Origin: Planctomycetota bacterium
GTDB lineage: Bacteria; Planctomycetota; UBA8108; SXIK01
Direction: 5' to 3'
Assembly: GCA_965223845.1 (NCBI GenBank)
Contig: CBDCXR010000004.1
Location: forward strand, 6,912,001 to 6,976,000
Length of the DNA stretch: 64,000 bases
Each line of letters opens with the position of its first letter. The first letter of the stretch is position 1. The translations under genes were made by a program, and so were the position numbers. Shown piece after piece: positions 52,764-63,500 of this stretch. The notes under the pieces were generated by a model, which saw only the letters and a list, made by a program, of their open reading frames with translations, did no database searches and had not been told where the DNA came from.

Positions 52764-55700
52764 ATGTTTCAGACCCTTCGCCGCCGCTTTCTCGAAAATC
52801 CGCTCATCGGCCGCGAGCTCTCGACCTCCCTCACCTCCTACCGCATCGGGATGATCAGCCTGATTGTCGCGGCCGCCTATCTCGTCGCCGACCTCATCTG
52901 CTACTTCTTCTTCTCCGAAGTCTCGAACTACCAGACGCTGCCGTTCGAGGCGGGCGCGTTCCTCCACCTCGCGCACACCATCGTCGCGTACGGGTCCGTC
53001 GGAATCTTCGTCCCGATCCGGCTCATGGGGCACATCGAGTCGGCGCGAACCGGGAAGGCATTCGATCAAGTCGTCGTGACCGGAGTCTCGCCGCTTCGCC
53101 TAGTGCTGGGGAATTGGGGCCTCACGCTCGCTTACGCAGGCGTCGTCCTGATGATCGGTCTCCCGTTCCAAGTCCTCGCCCTCTCTTTCGGCGGCGTCGG
53201 GTGGACGGAGATTTTTTCGACGTACGTGATTCTCTGGATCTATACGAATGTGATCATCGCGGTCACTCTCGGCGTGTCCGTCCTGGTCCGCGACTGGCAA
53301 GCGATTCCGGCCGGCATCGCGTTCGCCGCGATCGTCGGCATCGTATCGATGGTCCCCGTGATTCCCGCTGAGCTGGGCGACGTCGGTCCCCTCAGGATGT
53401 TCTGGCGCTACGGTATGCCCGAGGCGTTCATCGACGCGTCGGGGATGCCGACCGGAGTGTCGAGCTTGCTTTTTGGCGAGCCGAGACTGCTCCATGCGAC
53501 CGTCCCGCATTGGCTCTACGCACCGCTCCTTTGGGCGGTGATCGCGGCGCCCTTCGTGGTGCTCGTCGTTTTCGGTCCTCACCACCGCTTCACGCCCGGC
53601 CTCAATGTGTTCGGTACGGTCGTCCTTCCCGGGGACGTCGCGCTCCGGTTCGCGCGGCGGCTCCGGGCAAACCTCGTCCGTCGCGTCGAGATGGCGTTCT
53701 TCTACGAGAATCGGCCACGGTGGTGCGGCGGCTGGGATTTTCCCGCGCGGCTCGTCTCGATGCTCGCCTTCCTCGCTCTCGCGTGGGGTATCTGCATGGG
53801 GGTCGTCTACGACTTCGAGCCGCGCGCGCGACCGTTTCGCCGCGACGAAGCGTTCCTCGCCGGGATCACGATCAGCCTCATGCTTCTCTTCGCTTGGTTT
53901 CTCTACAACGGACACACTAGGCGCCACGCCGACGTGACCGAGCGCATCGGTCCGCTGCGAATCTCGCACCGAAGCGCGGTGACGATCGCGTTTGCGCTGG
54001 GTCTCGGCGCCTTCGTGCTCACGCAGTATCTGTCCCATCTTGATGCGGTGAGTTCGTTTCAATCGTTGACCATCCGCAAGGACCAGACCTTCGATCTCGC
54101 CGAGTACGAGATCGATTGGGCGCGCGCGCTGAAACTCTGGACGATCTTTGCGGTCAACGTGTTTCTCGTGGGGCAAGTGCTCGGCTGCCTGATCTCGTCC
54201 GTCTTCGCGTGGCGCTGGCTCATGACCATGGCGACCGTGGCGCTTCTCGCCGGCCCAGCGATCGCCTGGGGACTCTACCAAGAGGGCCTCGTTCCCCAGG
54301 ACGTGGGCGATGTGGGCGCGTTCTCTCCGTTCGCACGATACTTCTACCCTTCCCGGTTTCCGTCGGCGCCGCTCCACGCGAACGGCATGTTTCTCAATTG
54401 GTGGTTCTTCGCCGTGATGGTGTTCACGCTCGGAATGATTCTCTTCACTCGAAAGATTCGGAAGGGGGCACGGCGGCAGCTCGCGGCCGCCACCGCGGTG
54501 TTGGTCGTCGCGTCCTTCGGTGGCGTGGATCGGGTCGCGGCGCAGGGCGGCGACGCGGTCGACGTTCCGGATGAGGCCGCGCTCGATGCCGGCGCGGACG
54601 TTGCGACGTCAGAGTTCGAGGGTGACGACGAAGACACGCTCGATCTAGAGATCGTCGAAGTCGTCCGTGGCTTCGAAGGCCGTACGTTCAGTCACACCGC
54701 GCAGTTCCTGACTCTACGCGTGCGGAACTCGACCTCGGAGCCGTACACCGGAAAGTTGCGGACGTCTCACCGAGTTTCACCCGTCGTGCTTCCCTTCGAG
54801 CTCGGGGCGGAAACAACGAAGATCTTCCGCGTCGGACTCGAGGGATCGTGGGGAGGCGGTGATCAATTCGTAGTCGAGTTCGCTCTCCACGACGGACGAA
54901 CGAAAACTCTGACGCTCGATCCCATCGTCGTCGCCGCGCCTTCGACTCAGCCGGGCCAGTCGCACGAGGGTGGAAGATTCCTCTTCGTCGGAGAGGATCG
55001 TCCGCCGACGCCGCTTCGCTGGGCGCAGGCGCTCGTCGACGGACGAATGTCGATCGTGCGTGCGCGTGCGTTCGTGCTCCCGGAAGATCCGGTCGGATAC
55101 ACCGGCTGTTCGACGGTGTTCTTCGGACCGGGGGATTACACGCGGCTCACGGAGGAGCAGCGACTCGCACTTTTCGATTTCGTGCGGCTAGGCGGCTCCG
55201 TCGTCTTCTACGGCCGCCACGAGTGGTCCGCGATCGCTCAGCTCGAGCCGTGGTCCGCGTGGTTCGAAGGGGCGGAGTTTCCGCGCGTCGGCGAACTGGC
55301 CATTCCGCGGCTGAAGGGCGGAAGGACGATTTTCGAGTGGGAGGACGGAAACGACTCTCGCCTGGCTGCACGTACGTGGGGACCGGGGCGAGTCGGCGTC
55401 GCAAACGTCGATTTTGCCTCGGAGTCGCTACCGCGCTCGCGTTCGCTCTGGGCGTCGTTCACGGCGGCGGTCCCGAAGAGCGTCTACCCGGCCATCCCGC
55501 TCGGCGATCGATGGGATCGCGATCTGAGCGGCTTCGGGAGCCTGGGGGGCATCCTGGTGTACTTCGGCCTCTACGCGCTAGTCGTCGGGCCGATCTTGAT
55601 GGTGCTTCACCGAAAGAAATCGCGTCGCAAGTATCTCTGGCCGTTTCTCGGCGCGTCGATCCTCGTCTTCTGCTGTGCGATTCCGATCCTCGACTGGGCG

Positions 55701-56516
55701 ATCCATATCCGACCGAGCCTGGGACGCTTTCGACGCGTCGTCTACATCGGGGCCGACTCGGAATCCGCGGTGTCGCTCGCCCACGTGCGGGTCCGATCAT
55801 CGGGGCGCCAAAGACACGCTCTCGATCTCAAAGGAAACACCGCGATCCTCGGGAATTCCTGGTTCGGTCCCTCCGGCGTCGTCGCGCGTGTCCCGCGCTC
55901 ACCGGGCGCTGAGGGCGGCGCTCCGTTCAGCGCGATCACTCCGCCGTGGGGGAGCCTCGATCTTTACGTGGTCGACGACGGCCCACCACCGGTCACTCCG
56001 ATCAAGGCGAGCGCGACCTTCGACGCGAAGACGCGAGTCCTGTCGTACGAAGTCGAGTTCGATCGGCCTCCCACCTTTCCGATGGCGATGGTGTTCTACA
56101 ATTTTTCGGGAGAGGGAGAACTCGAGGCGAAGCGCATCGTGTCGAAGGCCGATCGCAGGTTCCGCGGCAAGCTCACGGTGAGGAAGGGCGGTTCCGGATC
56201 GAATCGAAACATCGTCGGCCGCGGTTGGAGTTCCCTCGACGAGTTTTCGCACGACATCCCGATCGTTTACGGTACGCGCCTCGCCATGTATCCGGGAGAC
56301 GGCCCGCGACTCGGTCTCGTTTGGGTGCCGCCCGAAGAGATTCCCCTTCCGCTCGAGACTTCCGACATCGAGTTTTGGACGGAGATGACCTCCGACAATC
56401 AGCGTCGATTCACCGGATTGCGGCGACCGCTTCGGTTGGTCGAGAAGGACGGAAAGCCGTACCTTTCGCGCGTGATCACGACGATCTTTCAGGAAATCCC
56501 CCTCGCGATCGAGTAG
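52764..56516 (+). CDS. ABC-2-type permease fused to a large extracytoplasmic domain
   Basis: NPLIGREL, a permease core with IESARTGKAFDQVVVTGVSPLRLVLG and many TM helices. It continues into a soluble region with LPEDPVGYTG...FVRLGGSVV and GPGRVGV, then YALVVGP...YLW TM helices. Start is ATG 52764. Confidence 0.75.
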   Translation: MFQTLRRRFLENPLIGRELSTSLTSYRIGMISLIVAAAYLVADLICYFFFSEVSNYQTLPFEAGAFLHLAHTIVAYGSVGIFVPIRLMGHIESARTGKAFDQVVVTGVSPLRLVLGNWGLTLAYAGVVLMIGLPFQVLALSFGGVGWTEIFSTYVILWIYTNVIIAVTLGVSVLVRDWQAIPAGIAFAAIVGIVSMVPVIPAELGDVGPLRMFWRYGMPEAFIDASGMPTGVSSLLFGEPRLLHATVPHWLYAPLLWAVIAAPFVVLVVFGPHHRFTPGLNVFGTVVLPGDVALRFARRLRANLVRRVEMAFFYENRPRWCGGWDFPARLVSMLAFLALAWGICMGVVYDFEPRARPFRRDEAFLAGITISLMLLFAWFLYNGHTRRHADVTERIGPLRISHRSAVTIAFALGLGAFVLTQYLSHLDAVSSFQSLTIRKDQTFDLAEYEIDWARALKLWTIFAVNVFLVGQVLGCLISSVFAWRWLMTMATVALLAGPAIAWGLYQEGLVPQDVGDVGAFSPFARYFYPSRFPSAPLHANGMFLNWWFFAVMVFTLGMILFTRKIRKGARRQLAAATAVLVVASFGGVDRVAAQGGDAVDVPDEAALDAGADVATSEFEGDDEDTLDLEIVEVVRGFEGRTFSHTAQFLTLRVRNSTSEPYTGKLRTSHRVSPVVLPFELGAETTKIFRVGLEGSWGGGDQFVVEFALHDGRTKTLTLDPIVVAAPSTQPGQSHEGGRFLFVGEDRPPTPLRWAQALVDGRMSIVRARAFVLPEDPVGYTGCSTVFFGPGDYTRLTEEQRLALFDFVRLGGSVVFYGRHEWSAIAQLEPWSAWFEGAEFPRVGELAIPRLKGGRTIFEWEDGNDSRLAARTWGPGRVGVANVDFASESLPRSRSLWASFTAAVPKSVYPAIPLGDRWDRDLSGFGSLGGILVYFGLYALVVGPILMVLHRKKSRRKYLWPFLGASILVFCCAIPILDWAIHIRPSLGRFRRVVYIGADSESAVSLAHVRVRSSGRQRHALDLKGNTAILGNSWFGPSGVVARVPRSPGAEGGAPFSAITPPWGSLDLYVVDDGPPPVTPIKASATFDAKTRVLSYEVEFDRPPTFPMAMVFYNFSGEGELEAKRIVSKADRRFRGKLTVRKGGSGSNRNIVGRGWSSLDEFSHDIPIVYGTRLAMYPGDGPRLGLVWVPPEEIPLPLETSDIEFWTEMTSDNQRRFTGLRRPLRLVEKDGKPYLSRVITTIFQEIPLAIE

Positions 56517-56609
56517 AGCGCGCGAGCTTACCTTGACGTCACGGCGCCGGATGGTTTTTCTTGAGGCGCTCACGGGCATGTGGGGGCGACCTCACCCGGC
56601 GGAGAATCT

Positions 56610-58232
56610 ATGGCGCTCTTTCTCGGATTTGATTCCAGCACGCAGAGCCTCACCGCGATGCTCATCGAGGTGTCGGCTGAGGATGATCGACGCGTCGTGT
56701 TCGAGCACTCGATCCGGTTCGACGAGGGCTTGGCGGAGTACGGCACTCAAAACGGCGTCCTGCCTCACGATGACCCTCTAGTCGCGCACTCGTCGCCGCT
56801 CCTCTGGGCGGATGCGCTCGACCGGATGATGGGAATCGTCACCCGAGAGAGCGGCCACGACCCGAGCGAGATCAAGGCGATCGCTGGATCGGGGCAGCAA
56901 CACGGAAGCGTGTACTTTCGCGCAGGACTCGAAACGAGGCTGCGCGCGCTCGATCCCTCCCGCGCACTCGTCGATCAGCTCGGGGGCGTCTTCTCGCGTG
57001 CGACGTCCCCGATCTGGATGGACTCGAGCACGGGGACTCAGTGCGCCGAGATCACGCGAGCGGTCGGCGGTGACGAGCGGCTCACCCAGATCACCGGCTC
57101 GCGCGCCTTCGAGCGCTTCACCGGTCCGCAGATCCGAAAGTTTTTCGCGGAAGCGCCGGAGGCGTACGCCGCGACCGATCGGATCCATCTCGTCAGCTCC
57201 TACCTCGCGACGCTCCTCGCGGGAAGGCACGCCCCGATCGACCCGGGCGACGGAGCGGGGATGAACCTGATGGATCTCGCGGCGAAAGCGTGGTCGGACG
57301 ACGCGCTCGAAGCGACGGCGCCGGATCTCCGATCGAAACTACCTGGGATCGCCGACTCGTGGTCGATCGTCGGTCCGCCGGCCGCGTACTGGTGCGAGCG
57401 CTACGGAGTCGCGCGCGACGCTCGTGTGGTGACGTGGTCCGGGGACAATCCGTGCAGCTTGATCGGCGTCGGACTCGTCGCACCAGGCCGGATCGCGATC
57501 TCGCTCGGGACGAGCGACACGCTCTTCGGGTTCATGCCGGACCTCGCGGTCGACCCGCTCGGACGCGGACACGTGTTCGGCGCGCCGACGGGTCACTTCA
57601 TGAGTCTGATCTGCTTTAAGAACGGCTCGCTCGCGCGAGAGCGCGTCCGTCGCTCGGCCGGTTATTCGTGGGACGAGTTTTCTCGCGCGCTGCGGGAGAC
57701 GAATCCGGGCAATCGCGGCCGGGTGCTCCTCCCGTGGTTCGAATCCGAGATCACCCCGCACGTTCCGATTCCGGGCGAGCGGCGCTACCGCCTCGACCCC
57801 GACGACGCGCCGGCGAACGTGCGCGCAGTCATCGAGGCGCAGATGCTCTCGACGGCAATTCACTCCGAATGGATGGGCGTCGCGGTCGACACGATCTACG
57901 CGACGGGGGGTGCTGCACGCAACCGGGAGATCCTCCAGGTGATGAGCGACGTCCACGGCGCGGATGTCTACCAGCTCGAAGTCGGGAACTCTGCCTGTCT
58001 CGGTGCTGCGCTCCGGGCGTTCCACGCGCATGCAAAGGCCGAGGGCACGGAACCGTCCTGGGACAACGTGACGCGCGACTTTGTCGAGCCGCTCGCGGAG
58101 AGTCGAATCCAGCCGCAGTCGGGAGCTCGCGAGATCTACGATCGATTCCGTCCTCTCTACGCGCGGTGCGAAGCGCACGCTCTAGGTCGTGGCGAGGACC
58201 CGGCCGACGCGCTCGCGCGCGAGCTCGATTGA
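56610..58232 (+). CDS. FGGY carbohydrate kinase, eukaryote-type xylulokinase (XYLB/Xks1-like)
   Basis: LGFDSSTQS, GSGQQHGSVY, PIWMDSST, TGSRAFERFTGPQIRK, HLVSS, GDNP, SLGTSDT, CFKNGSLARE and ATGGA. GGAG SD before ATG 56610. Confidence 0.88.
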   Translation: MALFLGFDSSTQSLTAMLIEVSAEDDRRVVFEHSIRFDEGLAEYGTQNGVLPHDDPLVAHSSPLLWADALDRMMGIVTRESGHDPSEIKAIAGSGQQHGSVYFRAGLETRLRALDPSRALVDQLGGVFSRATSPIWMDSSTGTQCAEITRAVGGDERLTQITGSRAFERFTGPQIRKFFAEAPEAYAATDRIHLVSSYLATLLAGRHAPIDPGDGAGMNLMDLAAKAWSDDALEATAPDLRSKLPGIADSWSIVGPPAAYWCERYGVARDARVVTWSGDNPCSLIGVGLVAPGRIAISLGTSDTLFGFMPDLAVDPLGRGHVFGAPTGHFMSLICFKNGSLARERVRRSAGYSWDEFSRALRETNPGNRGRVLLPWFESEITPHVPIPGERRYRLDPDDAPANVRAVIEAQMLSTAIHSEWMGVAVDTIYATGGAARNREILQVMSDVHGADVYQLEVGNSACLGAALRAFHAHAKAEGTEPSWDNVTRDFVEPLAESRIQPQSGAREIYDRFRPLYARCEAHALGRGEDPADALARELD

Positions 58233-58931
58233 GCACGACGCGAGAGGGGGCGCGCGGGGGTGTCGCCGGGACTCGTTGCGTGAGACGAATGGCTGAGCAT
58301 CCTCGCTCGAGGAGCGAGTCGGCGGCGCCGGGCGGCGTCTCCGCGGGACGGCTCGACGAGGAACCGATAAACGGAGCGAATCACCGCGGAAATCGCAGAA
58401 TTTTAACTTTACAGATGCGGGGCGTTCGTGAAGATTCTCGACGCAGTTGAGAAGCTCGGAGCGTGTCCGTGCGGCACGTCTCGAGTGGTGAGCGAGTCGA
58501 GTGCGGCGTAGTGCTCGGCTCATGTGTGGACAGGGATCTTCGCGCGTGCGAACTCGCACTCATCGCCGTAGCGGGCGAGAGTCGGTACGCGCAACGAGGA
58601 GGAGACACTCCGCGAGGATCCAGTACGGGAACGTGAGTCTGTGCGGGGAGGGACGAGTTCGCTCCGAACCGTACCCGGCGATCGCTTCCCAGATTCGTTG
58701 AACGGGTCAGCACACGTTGGGAACCTGCGCACTCTTGCGTAGTGTCCCGAGTTCCCGCGACTAGTGACGGTTCCTCCAACGGGGCCGTTTCGAGGCGCGA
58801 GAACGGCTCCAGTCCGCAGCATGCGCGTGAGTCTTCACCGGTGTGCAGTGCGGGGATAGTCGAGAGAATGACCTCGCCGGCACTGGGCGCGCAGAGGTTC
58901 GACCCGTAGAGAAAACGATAGGAGGACGTCG

Positions 58932-60254
58932 ATGCGACGCTTTTTCATCGTCGGGGCAGCACTTTCGTTGGCGATCTCGCCGGTCGTCGCCGAAGACGCG
59001 GGCACCACGGAACTCGATCGTGAGTTCTCGCTCACGCGTCTCGCTCAGCTCGAGCAGGAGCTCGGCAACGGCGGCCAGGACTCCAGCTCGCCGATCGTCG
59101 CGGGCTGGGACAAGAAGGACGGTTTCTACCTGAAGGACGCCGACGACAACTTCAAGCTGAGAATCGGCGGCCGCGGCCAGTTCCGCTACGTGTTCGTCGG
59201 TCGCGACAACCGGGGAAACTCCGGGACGACGACGCGCGACTCGAGCTACTTCGACGTCGAGCGCCTGCGCTTCCGCTTCCGCGGTCACGTCCTCACCGAC
59301 CGCCTCACCTACGACTTCCAGTTCGACGGTGACACCGATCGCGGCGGCGGCGTGACGACGCTCGACGCACTCGCGATGTACGAAGTCGCCGAGGACACGC
59401 TCAAGGTCGGAGTCGGTCAGTACAAGGCCCACTTCCTCCGCCAGGAGAAGACCTCGTCCTCGAAGCTTCAGATGATCGATCGTTCGATCGCGAACGAATT
59501 CTTCAACATCGATCGCGTGCTCGGCGTCGTCGCACAGGGTGAGCTCGCCGACGGGTTCATCTTCTACGCCGCCGGAGTCAACAACGGCTTCCGGAGCCTC
59601 AACCGGGGCGCCGGTGCGGTCGATCAGATCCCGGCGTTCGTCGGAAAGCTGGATTTCAATCTTCTCGGCGACTACGGCTACGGCGAGAGTGACATCAAGC
59701 GCAGCGAGGATCCGAATCTCGTGTTCGGCGTGTCGTTCGCGTCCGATCAGAACAACGGGACGTCCGGCTTCTCGCCCCAGTACAAGGTCTATCAGGCCGG
59801 CGTGGACACCGGCTTCAAGCTCGGTGGATTCTCCCTGCAGGGCGAATACATGGGCCGCTGGCTCGACTACGAGACGACGGCCGGTGCCGGAGACCCAGAC
59901 GTCGCCGGTGGCCGCAGCATCTTCTCGCACGGCTGGTACGTGCAGGGTGGCTTCATGGTCACGGACTCCGTCGAAATCGCCGGGCGCGCGAGCGTCGTCT
60001 ACGGCAACGAAGGCGCTAATGACGGCACTGCGACCGAGTTCGGTCCGGGGATCAACTGGTTCTTCAACGGCCACAAGGTGAAGCTCTCAACGGACGTCAT
60101 CTTCTTCGACATCCCGTCGGACATGCCGCGTCCGAGCACGAACCTCGAGCGTTCGAGCCCGCTTGCTTCGCCGTCGAGCGGCTTCTCGTCGGTCGGCCTC
60201 CGCGAGGGTGAACAGGGCATCATGGTTCGCACTCAGCTTCAGGTCTCGTTCTGA
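58932..60254 (+). CDS. Outer-membrane porin, phosphate-selective OprO/OprP-like
   Basis: AGGAGG SD and signal peptide. GFYL...FKLRIGGRGQFRY, RLRFRFRG, VGQYKAHF...TSSSKLQMIDRS, GINWFFNGHKVK and terminal Phe. Codon use is strongly biased. Confidence 0.85.
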   Translation: MRRFFIVGAALSLAISPVVAEDAGTTELDREFSLTRLAQLEQELGNGGQDSSSPIVAGWDKKDGFYLKDADDNFKLRIGGRGQFRYVFVGRDNRGNSGTTTRDSSYFDVERLRFRFRGHVLTDRLTYDFQFDGDTDRGGGVTTLDALAMYEVAEDTLKVGVGQYKAHFLRQEKTSSSKLQMIDRSIANEFFNIDRVLGVVAQGELADGFIFYAAGVNNGFRSLNRGAGAVDQIPAFVGKLDFNLLGDYGYGESDIKRSEDPNLVFGVSFASDQNNGTSGFSPQYKVYQAGVDTGFKLGGFSLQGEYMGRWLDYETTAGAGDPDVAGGRSIFSHGWYVQGGFMVTDSVEIAGRASVVYGNEGANDGTATEFGPGINWFFNGHKVKLSTDVIFFDIPSDMPRPSTNLERSSPLASPSSGFSSVGLREGEQGIMVRTQLQVSF

Positions 60255-60534
60255 TCGAGACGGTTGTCCTCCGTTCGCGCCCGCTCTGTCGGGCATGAGC
60301 GGAGAGAGTCTGCTCCCGAAGGCGGAGCCGGTGCACCTCGCGCCGGCTCCGCCTTTGTGCTTGTCCGTCGATCGGAGATTGATTCTCGCGAGGGGTCTCG
60401 GCCCGCATTTATCTGGTGAGCGATGCGGGTTAGGATACGATTCCGACGCGAGACTCCGCTCCGTCGATCTCGCGCGCCCAAGGTGCATACGGGAGGCGCG
60501 GCAGCGAAGAGACTCGCTCTCCGGGAATCAGCGG

Positions 60535-63500
60535 ATGAATCGACAGGGAGTGACGAGGGTGCTCGGCGTCGCGCTGGCGGCAATCGTCGCCGGACCGGCG
60601 ACAGCAGACGAGGCGTCGCGAATTCCGCTGCCGGCTAGCGCCGGCATCGAGCTCCGATTCGAGCTCAGTCGCGGGCGGGAACGACTCGCTCTCTCTTGGC
60701 CCGGTCGGATCCCCGCGTCGACGCGCGTCGAGCTCTCACCGGCGGACGGAATCGTCGTCAGTCTGTTGTGGACCGCCACGGGCGGTCGCCTCGCCGCCAC
60801 TCGTCTCGACTCTCGGGCGAAAGACGCGGAGCGACTCCGAGCGACGATCCGAGCCGCGGACCCGTCTGAGTCGAGCCGCCGGACGGCTCGACCCGCTCGC
60901 CACTCGGGGTCTTCTCGTCCCGGCTTTTTCTATCTGTCCCGAGACCAGCTCGGAATGGAGCTCGCGCGTGGGCTCGTCTTCTCGCGCTCGAGTAGCGGAT
61001 TCGACTTTTCCTTCACCGATCGCGCGATGTCGTTTCGACTCGACGCGGATCGCGACGGCGCGTGGGTCGTGACCGCGGCGGGAGAGGTGCCGCGGGGGAG
61101 GGAGACCGTTCTCTTCGCGTGGGAATCCGTTGCGCTTCCGCACGCGAGCTCGGCGGCGAGCCCGCCGAGGCTCTGGGGTTGGCACACGGAAGGACTCGGC
61201 AGTGATCGGCTCCGAAAGCTCGTGGCCGAGCTCGCTCTCCCCGCGTCACCCGGCCGCTACCTCGAACTCGGCGACGGCTGGCAAACGTCGCGTGATCCTT
61301 CGCCGTTTCGCTCGCCGGCCCGCGACTGGTGGGACGCGCTCGGCGCATCCTTCGGCCCCGACGCCACGCCCGTCCCCGCGTCTGCGGTCGACCCCGAGAC
61401 CGAGTCCGAGCGTGCCCGCGGAGACGGGTCGAGTCGAAAACGGCATGAACGCTCTGGCGAGGGCGGAGAAGCGGGGGAAGCGGAGCCCGCGGCGATCGTC
61501 GAGATCGTGAACGCCCTTGAGGCGCGCGGATGGGACGTCGGGCTCTGGATCGCACCGCTCGGGGCGAGCTCGAAGGATGTGTACCGGGCCGAGCCCCGCG
61601 CGTTCTTCTCGCTCGAACGGCGCGACGACGGCGAAGTGAAGCGCCGTCCGATTCCCGGCGGCGCGCTCGGTCGCTACGTCGTCGATCCGACCTCGCCGGC
61701 GGGGCAGCGTTACCTCGAGCGACTCGCCGCTGCCGTCGTGGGGGCCGGGCCGCGAATCCTGCGTCTAGCCGGACTCGGTGATGCTTACGCGCTCTACCGC
61801 CGCGATGAGGAGCAACTCGCCGACCCGGCCGTCGGCGCGCTCGGAGCGCTACGTCTCGCGGTGCGTTCGCTCCGGCGCGGCGCGGGCGATTCGATCGTTC
61901 TTCTCGGCGCTCGAGGAACGCCTCGCGAGCTCGCGCCGGAGCTCGAATCGATGCGACCGTGGGACGAGTCTGCGCTCGCGCTCGCTCCTCTCGCGGCGGA
62001 AAGCGATCTCTTCCGGCGGTGGTGGCCGCGCGTCGCGGGAGCGTGCGGAATCGAGGCGACGCCGCTCGCCGTGCGCCCGGAGGGACGCGAGATCGGTCCT
62101 CCCGATCGGAGCGCCGCTCAGATTGCGTATGCGCTGCTGACCGGACGGGATACTCAGATCGCCGTCGGCAGAACGCTCCCGGATGAGACTCTCGCGCTTC
62201 TCCGACAGGTGCCCGGGTTTGCGGTTCGGCCGCTCGACTGGTTCGAGCGCGAGATCGCGCCCAACGTGTGGGTGTTCCACGGCGCCGACCGAGCGGCGAG
62301 CACCGTGGGACTCTTCGCGTGGGATGAGCATCGCGTGCGGCGGGTCCGTTTCAATCCGGAAGACCTCGGGCTCGAGCGGCGGACGCCCCGCGAGACGGTT
62401 CTCTGGTACGACCTCACCGCGCGTCGTCTGGTCGGAGTCGGCCGGGGGGAGCAGGAGTTCTCCCTTCTTCCGACGGAGGTGCGGCTCCTCGTCGCCGTCG
62501 CGGTCGAGCAGAATCGTCCCACCGTGCTGTCGATCGCAGGACGTCTCTTCGGGCGCGAGGAGGATCGGCTGCGCGAAGACTGGGATGCGAACCGGCGCGA
62601 GCTCCGACTTCACGTACGCCTCGGCTTAGCCGGCGATTCCGATCGACGGGCCACGTCGATCGATCTCGCCGTCCCGCCGACACTCGACGTCGCGCGGGTC
62701 GACGTGAGCGATGCGAACGTTCGAGTCAAGCCCGCGGCTGGAGGCGTCGCGCGGATCGAAGTCGACTCGGAGCGAAGCGAACTCGAGCTCGCGGTGACGT
62801 TCACCGCGAGCGCGTCGAGTGCCGGTGCGGTCCTTCCTCGCGACGTTACGGTTCGTCCGTCGGCTCCGGGATCGGCTCCTCTCGTCGAGTGGCGCATCGA
62901 TGCGGCTGTCTGGCCGACGGCGCCGGCTCGATTCGAGGTCTCGCGGAGCGGGGCGGTCGTCGGGATCGTCAGCGGGACGCGCTTCATCGATTCCACCGCG
63001 ACCCCCGGTGCCGTAGAGGAGTACGCGGTGAGGCCCGTCGGCGACGACCGAGCCCCCTCGATCGCGAAGGCGGATCCGGGTGAATTCGCCGCGACGGAGC
63101 CTCTCGATCTCTCCGCCGCGATTCCCTCGCGAACCGACGAACGCGCGGGCGCTCCGCGCCGCGATCGCGCCGCAACGGGTCGGCCTCTCATCGTCGACGG
63201 CGTCAGCTACGCGCGCGGATGGGGCGTGCGATCTCCGTCGATGCTCGAGTTTCGGCTCGCCCGACACGCCGAGCGCTTCACCGCGCACGTCGGCATCGAC
63301 GACTCCTCGCGCTTTCGCGGTCGAGTGGAGTTCATCGTGGAGGCGGACGGCCGCGAGGTGTTCCGCACCGGCGCGATCCGCGGGGGCGTGCCCGCCGAGG
63401 CGATCGATCTCGACGTGCGCGCGGTTGAGCGACTGCGACTCATCGTCGAGGATGGCGGCGACGGGACGGACGGCGACTTCGCGAACTGGTGCAATCCTGT

